From a virus (Duplodnaviria; Caudoviricetes), in IMG/VR virus record IMGVR_UViG_3300048561_000081, positions 1 to 37,004 of that record: a stretch of 37,004 nt of DNA. One strand, 5' to 3'. The position numbers and the translations under genes were made by a program. Each line of letters begins with the position of its first letter. Position 1 is the first letter of the stretch. The notes under the pieces were generated by a model that saw only the letters and a list, made by a program, of their open reading frames with translations, was not told the DNA's origin and did not search any database. This document shows positions 18,536 through 25,156 of this stretch, piece by piece.

Positions 18536-18858
18536 CACTCCGCTCCCGCCCCGATGGGCTGTTCGAGTGCTCGCGTCTCCGCCCGCACGTGCGCTTCCGT
18601 CAGCGCCGCCATGAACAACGCCTGCACCAGTCGCGTCATTCGGCCGCGTTGCTTGCGGGCGTGGCCTGCCAGGAATTCCGCAAACTTCACCGGCCCCATC
18701 TCGGCGGCAGCGCACAGCTCGCAACACGTTTCGGCGCTGAGCTTCGCGGCGACATCGCGCAGCCGGGCCCAACGCTGATCGAGCAACGCCTGCGCCAATT
18801 GCAGTCGCCGCTCGCGTTGAGCCGTGGTCGGAGTCAGGTTGTCCTGGTTTCGTTCCAT
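18535..18858 (-). CDS. Hypothetical protein
   Basis: 107 aa helical ORF coupled to the downstream gene. Confidence 0.6.
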   Translation of the reverse strand: MERNQDNLTPTTAQRERRLQLAQALLDQRWARLRDVAAKLSAETCCELCAAAEMGPVKFAEFLAGHARKQRGRMTRLVQALFMAALTEAHVRAETRALEQPIGAGAE

Positions 18859-18873
18859 CGTTCTCTGTGCCGC

Positions 18874-18901
18874 GAGCCTCAAGCCCCAAGCCTCAAGCCT
18901 A
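18874..18901. repeat. Heptamer tandem repeat GAGCCTC-AAGCCCC-AAGCCTC-AAGCCTA
   Basis: Read directly; the last three bases form the TAG stop of 18899..19669. Confidence 0.9.
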
Positions 18902-19669
18902 GTAATCTCCGAGGTTTCTCCAGATCACCGTGATCGTCCCCGTGATCGTGCACGAGTCCGACGCCGTCACGTCGTTGCCTTCCCACGCCGAGTTGAGGAA
19001 CAGATCCACCGCGGTGCTTGTGCCGTCGAGCGCCACGTCCGTGGTCGCCACCTGCGTGATCGTCTTTGATCCGCTCGACAGGTCGCCTTCCGCTTTGGTC
19101 AGGATGTTCTGCTCGGTGGTCGCCAGTGCGTTGTTGTCGGTGCCCACCGTTGTGGATCCGACGCCCCAGTCGTACGTGGCCGATTCGCTGAAGCCCGTGG
19201 ATCCGCAATGGATCGCGAGGTTCATCGTCGCCCCTTCGAATTCCACGTATCCGGCCGGCCCTTCGTAGAGTTTGATGACGCCGTGCGCGCCGTTGGAGTT
19301 CGCATCGGTGATGGTCATCGCGGCCGCGGTCAGCGTGAACACCGTCTTGTGCGTCACGCCGTCGCCGTATTCAGCCACCGTGACGCCGGCCGATACCGCG
19401 GCCGTGGCCAGGTCGCCCGCGCCCGCGTCGCACACCAGCGCCTGCGCATCGGTGCTGATGACGCCATCCGAGTTGATGTGCAGCACGCCGCCATCGTCGA
19501 TGACAATGCGGTCCCCGCCGTCATCCAGATAGACCTTGGTGGAGTGCCCGCCATCGGCGCGAGCACTGGCCACGTTGGCAAGCTGAATGCCGAGTGCGAT
19601 GCATGACACAATGATCAGTGCGATGCCCAGTCGTTCGCTGCGGTTGAATCGTTCGCTTCTCACGTTCAT
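18899..19669 (-). CDS. Thr/Gly-rich beta protein (virion decoration-like) with signal-peptide-like N-terminus
   Basis: GGAG RBS; LGIALIIVSCIALGIQLANVASARA followed by an all-beta T/D/G-rich body ending TITGTITVIWRNLGDY. Confidence 0.7.
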   Translation of the reverse strand: MNVRSERFNRSERLGIALIIVSCIALGIQLANVASARADGGHSTKVYLDDGGDRIVIDDGGVLHINSDGVISTDAQALVCDAGAGDLATAAVSAGVTVAEYGDGVTHKTVFTLTAAAMTITDANSNGAHGVIKLYEGPAGYVEFEGATMNLAIHCGSTGFSESATYDWGVGSTTVGTDNNALATTEQNILTKAEGDLSSGSKTITQVATTDVALDGTSTAVDLFLNSAWEGNDVTASDSCTITGTITVIWRNLGDY

Positions 19670-19676
19670 CGTCTCC

Positions 19677-19701
19677 GTGTGCCACTGCTCTGTGAGCAGT
19701 G
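19677..19701 (+). repeat. REP-like hairpin family A, copy 4
   Basis: GTGTGCCACTGCTCTGTGAGCAGTG, followed by heptamers AAGTTCC-AAGTCTC. Confidence 0.93.
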
Positions 19702-19704
19702 TTC

Positions 19705-19854
19705 TCAAGTTCCAAGTCTCATCAGTCTCGCCACACCCCAAGCAGCTCCGGCGAGGAGCACGATCAGCACCGCGATCTGCCACCGGCGTCGCCGCAGTCC
19801 CGGGAAGAATCCCAGCAGCAGCCAGAGCAGGATCGACGGGCGCTCTTGCGACAT
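19705..19854 (-). CDS. Small two-TM membrane protein (49 aa, not in ORF track)
   Basis: Manual translation MSQERPSILLWLLLGFFPGLRRRRWQIAVLIVLLAGAAWGVARLMRLGT*; TGATG coupling to the holin-like stop. Confidence 0.6.
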   Translation of the reverse strand: MSQERPSILLWLLLGFFPGLRRRRWQIAVLIVLLAGAAWGVARLMRLGT

Positions 19855-20213
19855 CACGCGTCCGCATCCAGTTCCCGCTGGCCCGCAGCAGTAATGACAA
19901 TTTGCGGCTCGCGTGCGGGTATTCCATGCGCCGTCAGTGCCGCCCGCACCGCTTCTTCGACGCTGACGCTTTGCAGCTCGACGAGTTCTCCCGGGATTGC
20001 GTTGACCTTCGGCAGGCTCTTGGCCCCGTTGTCCTCGTGCGCGATGCCCAGGATCAGGGCCGCGCCCACACCGAGGATCGTGAGCACCATCGGCTCGCTA
20101 AGGTTGAGCCCGTATTCCGCGGCATAAGCAGCGACCACCGTGGCCAGGGCCACGCGGACCTTGCGGCTCTGCAGGGGTTTTACCAATCGCGTTGCCCAGT
20201 TAGGGAGTGCCAT
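19854..20213 (-). CDS. Putative holin
   Basis: LQSRKVRVALATVVAA start, two hydrophobic helices, then GIAHED; GAGGAG RBS. Confidence 0.65.
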   Translation of the reverse strand: MALPNWATRLVKPLQSRKVRVALATVVAAYAAEYGLNLSEPMVLTILGVGAALILGIAHEDNGAKSLPKVNAIPGELVELQSVSVEEAVRAALTAHGIPAREPQIVITAAGQRELDADA

Positions 20214-20517
20214 TGAGAAGCTCCTCTATGATTTCGTCCGGGGTCTGTATGTCGTCTTGCGGCGCAGGTGCGGGACTCGGCGGCGGCGTGGCACGGGCAT
20301 CCTGCCCGTGGTTCATTCCTGCAGTCTGCGGCCTGCAGTCTGCGGCCTGTGCCTTCGCCGCCAGGTGCACGTGCACGTGCAGATCGCGGCAGCCCGCCGT
20401 TGCCAGGCTGAGTATGGCCCCAAGTCTCAAGCCCCAAGTCCCAAGCCCAACAGCGGCAAGTGCCGCGAGGCCGGACCTCCCTGTCCAACCTCGCGGCGCC
20501 CTCGTCACCTCGCGCAT
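20200..20517 (-). CDS. Putative small lipoprotein containing several repeat insertions
   Basis: Hydrophobic leader ending LATAGC, Pro-rich tail; fills the operon gap; start uncertain. Confidence 0.45.
   Translation of the reverse strand: MREVTRAPRGWTGRSGLAALAAVGLGTWGLRLGAILSLATAGCRDLHVHVHLAAKAQAADCRPQTAGMNHGQDARATPPPSPAPAPQDDIQTPDEIIEELLNGTP
20288..20310 (+). repeat. REP-like hairpin family B (GTGG-CACGGGCA-TCC-TGCCCGTG)
   Basis: 8-bp stem; reads HGQDARAT on the minus strand; variant at 21975-21996. Confidence 0.85.
20322..20349. repeat. Heptamer tandem repeat (CAGTCTG-CGGCCTG) x2
   Basis: Read directly. Confidence 0.85.
20415..20449. repeat. Heptamer tandem repeat TGGCCCC-AAGTCTC-AAGCCCC-AAGTCCC-AAGCCCA
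   Basis: Read directly. Confidence 0.88.
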
Positions 20518-20547
20518 GTGCTGCTGAGATTTCAAATCTCAAATCCT

Positions 20548-20572
20548 GTGTGCCACTGCTGTGTCAGCAGTG
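20548..20572 (+). repeat. REP-like hairpin family A, copy 5 (GTGTGC-CACTGCTG-TGT-CAGCAGTG)
   Basis: Abuts the stop of 20573..20791; preceded by AGATTTC-AAATCTC-AAATCCT heptamers. Confidence 0.93.
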
Positions 20573-20791
20573 TTAGCCTTTCAGCGGCGGCGTCTCGATC
20601 TCCACGCCGGCGAAGCGCGGCTCCGCATCGATCGCGGCGGACACCGCGTCCTTGGCTTCGTCGAGCCGGTTCTCGGCGAGGGCATATCCTTGCCGCTGCA
20701 CGGGGGTCGTGTCGGGCGATTGCTGCCTGCGGATCGCCTCCTTCTTCGCCTCCTCGATCGCCCCGAGCAGTTCGCTAATCGTGATTTTCAT
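20573..20791 (-). CDS. Hypothetical protein (72 aa)
   Basis: AAGGGA RBS before ATG 20791; helical. Confidence 0.65.
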   Translation of the reverse strand: MKITISELLGAIEEAKKEAIRRQQSPDTTPVQRQGYALAENRLDEAKDAVSAAIDAEPRFAGVEIETPPLKG

Positions 20792-20810
20792 GGTGGTTTT
20801 CCCTTTTCTC

Positions 20811-20830
20811 AGGGTGGGCACCGCCCACCA
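20811..20830 (+). repeat. REP-like hairpin family C (AGGGTGGGCACCGCCCACCA)
   Basis: The same 20-mer occurs at 31908-31927, where it begins within GTAG; GGTGGGC/GCCCACC stem. Confidence 0.88.
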
Positions 20831-20892
20831 TTTCCGTCCTCAAGACTCAAGCCCCAGGGATCATGTCCACAGGACATGGTCGGCCCGGGCCG

Positions 20893-21345
20893 TTAACTGA
20901 CTCCTGTTGGATCTTCCAGCTTCGCCGGCTGCATCGCCGGAATATTGGTTTTCCCTGCGTCGCTCGCCCCGCGAATGACCGGCGGCGGAACCACGCCTGG
21001 CTGGCCCGCATCGGCCTGAGCGTGCCCGGAAATCTGTCCGCTCACGCCGACCAGGCGGACCACGGTTTTCGCATGGATGCCCGTGCCGAACAGGGCCAGC
21101 ACCTCGACTTCGTAGCCGGGGTTGTTGGCCTGGGCGGAGGCCTGCAGCGTGCTGGTCCGCGTGCTGGTTTCCTCCATCGCCTTGGTCACCGCCGGGCCGA
21201 TCACTTCCTGGTTGATGGTGGTCCAGGCCCGTTCCAGTTCGGTGGTCTGCGGCGCACATCCCGTGGTGCAACTGCCCAACAGCCCGCTGGTCGCGAGCGT
21301 CGCGAGCAGCGTCAGGATTGTGCTCGCATCGAATTTCAGGGTCAT
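20893..21345 (-). CDS. Putative lipoprotein, first gene of late operon
   Basis: AAGGAG RBS; ILTLLATLATSGLLGSC lipobox-like signal. Confidence 0.7.
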   Translation of the reverse strand: MTLKFDASTILTLLATLATSGLLGSCTTGCAPQTTELERAWTTINQEVIGPAVTKAMEETSTRTSTLQASAQANNPGYEVEVLALFGTGIHAKTVVRLVGVSGQISGHAQADAGQPGVVPPPVIRGASDAGKTNIPAMQPAKLEDPTGVS

Positions 21346-21572
21346 CGTTTGGACTCCTTGGTTTTTCCCAACATGAGTTATTTCCCAATTCGCAGTCTTG
21401 CGCAAATCCGTCTTGTTTCCAGCCGCGAAACGCTTGTGCCACGACGTGGCACCACGTCGCCGGATGGCGGAGGGTGAGTCCGCCATCCGGCCCGTCGTCG
21501 TCATCGCGTCAAAGTGTTCATATGGGCGGGCCGTGATGGTATTCCCAACGGCCGGAGTATTGGTTTTCCCGA

Positions 21573-21600
21573 AAGCCTGCAGCCTGGAGCCTGCCGCCTG
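21573..21600. repeat. Heptamer tandem repeat AAGCCTG-CAGCCTG-GAGCCTG-CCGCCTG
   Basis: Read directly. Confidence 0.9.
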
Positions 21601-21914
21601 AATGGCGCTGCGGGCGGGTGTGCCCCGATCCCCGCCCGCAGCAGCCGCCCCAAGCGTCGAGTGTCGGTCCAGGCCCAGAGCCACGAAGCTCAACAGTTCC
21701 GGAAGGTGCGAAGTGGCGGGCCGCCCGTTAGGGCGCGTCGCCGCCCGCGGCCTGAGTGTGGTGCCGCGGCTCTCTTGCGTAGACCTGCGTAGCTTCGTGG
21801 CTGTGAGTCCGGAGGATGGCTTGGGGGGTGAGGCCTGGGAAGTGAGCAGGGGTGCCACTGCGGAGCCTGTCCTCGACGCGCGAGCGTTCGCGCGTCGGGG
21901 GCGAGCAGTGCGCC

Positions 21915-21950
21915 CTCCGTGGCTCCGTCGCTTCGTGGATTCGTGGCTTC
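21915..21950. repeat. Octamer tandem repeat CT(C/T)CGT(G/C)G x4.5
   Basis: Read directly. Confidence 0.8.
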
Positions 21951-21974
21951 CTACGCCGATCATCCCTGATCCCT

Positions 21975-21996
21975 TGGCACCGGCATCCTTGCCGGT
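21975..21996 (+). repeat. REP-like family B variant (TGGC-ACCGGCA-TCCT-TGCCGGT)
   Basis: Compensatory stem change relative to the 20288 copy. Confidence 0.7.
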
Positions 21997-22118
21997 AAAA
22001 ACAAACACGCCGAGCCGTACCCGCAGTGCAGGAACCCGCTCGGCTTCATGCCGCGATCAGAGATTTTTCCCGGGCTTCAGGGCGTTACCACACGCCCGTC
22101 GAATGGTTCGACGCCTCT

Positions 22119-22161
22119 AATAAAGTTGTCACAAAGAGGTGTGTCAAGACCGTTATGACAA
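22119..22161 (-). promoter_or_regulatory. Candidate leftward (late) promoter with flanking operator-like inverted repeat
   Basis: Minus-strand TTGACA (22142-22147), 17 nt, weak -10 TTTATT; TTGTCACAA...TTATGACAA brackets the -35. Confidence 0.5.
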
Positions 22162-22167
22162 AAATAT

Positions 22168-22962
22168 TCACCAGGGTTTTGGTTTCTTGCCCTTGTGCCG
22201 CGCTTCGCAGTCGCCGTTCCCTTTGGTGTAACCCTCCTTGTAACCAGTGTCTTTTCCCTCTTCGAACCCGCGCGTGTACGCGGCCTTCTCGGCGGCCTCG
22301 ATCTTCGCCGTATCGTCCAGGCTCAGCTCTCGATTGCGCTCCTGCTGATACTTCAGGCTCTCCCTCGCGGTTTTCAATTCTCCCTCGCATGTGACCAGGT
22401 CATTCGCCGTGTCGACCCAGCGCTGGTGGGCGCCGTCCGCACTCTTCTTTTCGGCTTCAATTTGGCCGTTCAGTGCATCGATCGCCTTCTTCTGTTCCGC
22501 CTTCAGCTCCTTCATTTTTTGTTCGTGCTTGTCGCTCATCGCGCTCAGGCTGCGCCCGTGCGCACGCGTGAGTTCCTTCTTCTCTTTTTCCCAGTTCGCC
22601 TCGTCAGCCTGGGTCAGGCTGATCAGTTGGTCGTTGCGTTCATTTGCGAACTGCTCCCGCCCCTCCTTGCGGCCATCCGCCTTTCCCGCCAGGTAGCCGA
22701 TCTGGATGCCCGCCGTGTTGCCGTCCCGGTGCCCTGCGTCGTAGCCGATCTGGCGCGTGGCCTCTTGTTGAATTCTCAAGCCAACCCCAGCTCCAACCCC
22801 ACCCCCGATGAAGAGTGCGACGCCGATCGCGAATCCAAGGTTCGCCATGGAAAAGCCTCTGCGCTGCGGTTGGATTTCTTCCTGCAACTCGTCCATATTG
22901 TCGATTCCCGCCGGTGAATTGGGCATGTCCCCGTGCGACCCACAAAGTCTGCACGTGTTCAC
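22168..22962 (-). CDS. Membrane-anchored coiled-coil protein with GxxxG repeats (FliH/Yae1-like)
   Basis: TM LGFAIGVALFIGGGVGAGVGL; GYDAGHRDGNTAGIQIGYLAGKADGRKEG and AYTRGFEEGKDTGYKEGYTKG; start uncertain. Confidence 0.7.
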   Translation of the reverse strand: MNTCRLCGSHGDMPNSPAGIDNMDELQEEIQPQRRGFSMANLGFAIGVALFIGGGVGAGVGLRIQQEATRQIGYDAGHRDGNTAGIQIGYLAGKADGRKEGREQFANERNDQLISLTQADEANWEKEKKELTRAHGRSLSAMSDKHEQKMKELKAEQKKAIDALNGQIEAEKKSADGAHQRWVDTANDLVTCEGELKTARESLKYQQERNRELSLDDTAKIEAAEKAAYTRGFEEGKDTGYKEGYTKGNGDCEARHKGKKPKPW

Positions 22963-23006
22963 AGCGTACCGTCAGGTTTTTTGCTGAATATCGGTATTTA
23001 CCCTGA

Positions 23007-23035
23007 TTGAAATGCCCTAACAGAATCCGTACGAT
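23007..23035 (+). promoter_or_regulatory. Sigma70-like promoter TTGAAA-N17-TACGAT
   Basis: Read directly in an AT-rich intergenic patch. Confidence 0.6.
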
Positions 23036-23196
23036 GTGCCGGTCTGCTCTCGATTCCGGCTGTTCGCCGGGATGCCAGCCCGCAAGCTGGTCAGGCCGTG
23101 GCCACGGAATAGGCGTTAGTCACGGATGACGCCGGTCTGACCACTTCTCAGCAGTCCCGCACCGCGATGTACGGCGGTGCGGTAAGGGGGTTTCCC

Positions 23197-23430
23197 ATGT
23201 CGATTCAGTACCCGCTACCCCTGCGCGCCGAACGCGAAGTTGCCCTGGAATTGTGCATTGACTTGCTGCATCGCACGCCTACGCCTTTTTTGATCGCTTA
23301 CGTGCCTGTCCTGCAACTAGTCGCTGAGCCTCCCGCAGAGCCGCACTTGCGTTTTTTACCTGCGTTTTCTCGTCCGGGATCTCGAATCCCCGAGGGTGAG
23401 TCGCTGCCCCACTCTCGCCCGGGTGCTTAA
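23197..23430 (+). CDS. Small hypothetical protein overlapping the 3' end of the putative repressor
   Basis: TAAGGGGG RBS and upstream promoter; 152-nt antisense overlap. Confidence 0.45.
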   Translation: MSIQYPLPLRAEREVALELCIDLLHRTPTPFLIAYVPVLQLVAEPPAEPHLRFLPAFSRPGSRIPEGESLPHSRPGA

Positions 23431-23740
23431 CCTTTCGTGGTTCTTGGAGCGGCTGCGGGATCAGCGCGGCGCGCGCAAGGCTGTGGGATTCAACTACAAG
23501 TCCATCCTTAACTCCCAAACCGTTTACGCCGCCGGCCCAGTTTTCAATGCCCTTGTCGACCATGGCAGCGACGCTGAGCAGCAACCGCCGCTCGCTCTCC
23601 ACTCGTGAAGCCAATGCCAGCAGGCCGGCGAGCAGCACGCGCGTTTTTGTAGTGCTGGTTTGGACTTCAAAGTCTTCCACCCAGTCCATGACCGCCTGGT
23701 GGACTTCGCCCTTGAGAGCCTTTTTTTTGCTTGCGCCCAT
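23279..23740 (-). CDS. Putative repressor/regulator (possible ribbon-helix-helix N-terminus)
   Basis: Divergent from the early operon; GGAGG RBS; KKALKGEVHQAVMDWVEDF...TKTRVLLAGL strand-helix-helix pattern. Confidence 0.55.
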   Translation of the reverse strand: MGASKKKALKGEVHQAVMDWVEDFEVQTSTTKTRVLLAGLLALASRVESERRLLLSVAAMVDKGIENWAGGVNGLGVKDGLVVESHSLARAALIPQPLQEPRKVKHPGESGAATHPRGFEIPDEKTQVKNASAALREAQRLVAGQARKRSKKA

Positions 23741-23835
23741 GCCCAGCCCTCCGTGCCTGTTGGCATTTGAGTAATTGGCTGGGCCGAAGTTGCCCGGAAG
23801 CACACTTTCCGTCAAAGACGCTTGAAAAACATTAT

Positions 23836-23915
23836 TCGTACAAATCGTACTTGACTCCGTGTCAACATCGATCATACTTGCACGTGTTCGTACGCATCGT
23901 GCGAATCGTACGATT
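23836..23915. promoter_or_regulatory. Early promoter (TTGACT-N16-CATACT) with six TCGTAC-like operator boxes
   Basis: Boxes at 23836, 23845, 23872 (TCATAC), 23888, 23897 (TCGTGC) and 23906; palindromes TTGAC-N5-GTCAA and AATCGTACGATT. Confidence 0.7.
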
Positions 23916-23928
23916 TGGAGCGTCTTCA

Positions 23929-24111
23929 ATGGCCCTGATTCGAGTTACCGACGAAGAGCAGCAGGCACTTCGAGAACTCGCTCCACGTTACTTCAAGCGG
24001 ACGATTGATCGCATTCGCTGGGCCATCGACGAACTGCAACGCACGAAGGACGTTCGCACGGCATCCGACCGTTCATCGAAGCCCCGTCGGAAGGCGGGTG
24101 CCGCCGCATGA
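23929..24111 (+). CDS. Small Ner/Cro-position regulator (RHH-like, 60 aa)
   Basis: GGAG RBS; ALIRVTDEEQQALRELA...DRIRWAIDEL. Confidence 0.65.
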   Translation: MALIRVTDEEQQALRELAPRYFKRTIDRIRWAIDELQRTKDVRTASDRSSKPRRKAGAAA

Positions 24112-24152
24112 CATCATTAAGCTCTACATCCTTGTGCAGGGAGGCACGTCCG

Positions 24153-24413
24153 ATGGGCATCGGCTTTTTCGGTGTCGATCTTCCTCGTCAGCACTCCGAC
24201 GATCACGGCCCGGTGCAGGTCCGCATCCGGCCCGAGATCGATGTCATCCTTAAGAGAATCTTCCCCGCGTACCCCGGCCGCACCAACGGCTCGGTGCGCG
24301 TGCACCTCGCGTTGATCGCCTTCGCCAAGTCGCTGGGCATCACCGTTCCTTCTGACGTGGTCGAGTCTGTCACCGCGCACGGGCGCAACCATCGCCCGCG
24401 TCGGCATCGTTAA
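24153..24413 (+). CDS. Small putative DNA-binding protein (RHH-like)
   Basis: GGGAGG RBS; VQVRIRPEIDVILKRI...VHLALIAF. Confidence 0.6.
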   Translation: MGIGFFGVDLPRQHSDDHGPVQVRIRPEIDVILKRIFPAYPGRTNGSVRVHLALIAFAKSLGITVPSDVVESVTAHGRNHRPRRHR

Positions 24414-24809
24414 ACGTGTTACCACCCCGGCCCCGACGGGTCGGGATTTTTCCCGGGCGCCCGCATGGCGGGCGGATGTGCTTCGATGCAACGAGTCAAC
24501 CTAAATGCCGGACCGCGTGAGGTTGATTCACTGTCGGCGCACCGTCCCGCCTGCGGGAGCCCGCTTACGATCTCTGGCCGCTACTCCCCTCCAGCGGCCG
24601 ACCAGGCGGCGCGCGTGGCGTGCGATCTCCTCTTCCCCCAGGCCCCGATCCCCCCGCGCCGCCGCCCTGGCTTTTCCCAAGACCTCGACTCACCGCGGCG
24701 CGCGGGATTTGCACCTTTGTTCTACAACATCCGTTGCGAGGAAGGGTACGAACCGCCCACAAGCGCGAAACAACGACTGACGATCTCGTTGCCCGCGCGC
24801 CGCGCTTTT

Positions 24810-24841
24810 GATCTGCGATCTTCGATCTGTGATCTTCAATC
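24810..24841. repeat. Heptamer tandem repeat GATCT(G/T)(C/T) x4
   Basis: Read directly, just before the RBS of 24854. Confidence 0.85.
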
Positions 24842-24853
24842 GGAGTACGCCCC

Positions 24854-25108
24854 ATGTGCTCGACCTGCGCCGATCTCGGCATCCCCCTGCGTTGCACGCA
24901 GTGCTCTACCCCCATCTGCCTGCAGCCCGATCCCGAATGCGCCGGCACGTCACTCGCATCGGACGTCGCCGTGCCGCACCGCACCACGGGCGACTGGCTC
25001 TGCGGCGACTGCGCGTTCTTCGCGGACACCGAAGCCATCGCCGGCAAGTTGCTCCCCGACGTGGAGCCGTACTACAGGCCCGCGCCCCCGCAGCTCCGGC
25101 TGGTCTGA
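24854..25108 (+). CDS. Cys-rich Zn-finger protein
   Basis: CSTC, CTQC, CGDC; GGAG RBS. Confidence 0.65.
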   Translation: MCSTCADLGIPLRCTQCSTPICLQPDPECAGTSLASDVAVPHRTTGDWLCGDCAFFADTEAIAGKLLPDVEPYYRPAPPQLRLV

Positions 25109-25114
25109 CCTGAT

Positions 25115-25144
25115 TCATCGCTCATCGCTCATCGTCCATCATTC
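25115..25144. repeat. Heptamer tandem repeat TCATCG(C/T)-type x4
   Basis: Read directly; intergenic. Confidence 0.85.
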
Positions 25145-25156
25145 GGAGTTCTTCCT

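Larger units (their letters stand above)
21346..22110 (-). ncRNA. Candidate long structured leader/ncRNA
   Basis: No credible ORF; perfect inverted repeats of 13 bp (21459-21491), 12 bp (21607-21642), 10 bp (21874-21897) and 7 bp (22009-22044). Confidence 0.4.

Noticed and set aside
21346-22008. 221-codon upstream extension of ORF 20893..22008, and + ORF 21602..22120
   Set aside because: Low-complexity translation through hairpins and repeats; strong RBS and signal peptide begin at 21345
23837-23865. Leftward repressor promoter from TTGACA at 23860-23865
   Set aside because: No acceptable -10 at 16-18 nt spacing, so not called separately
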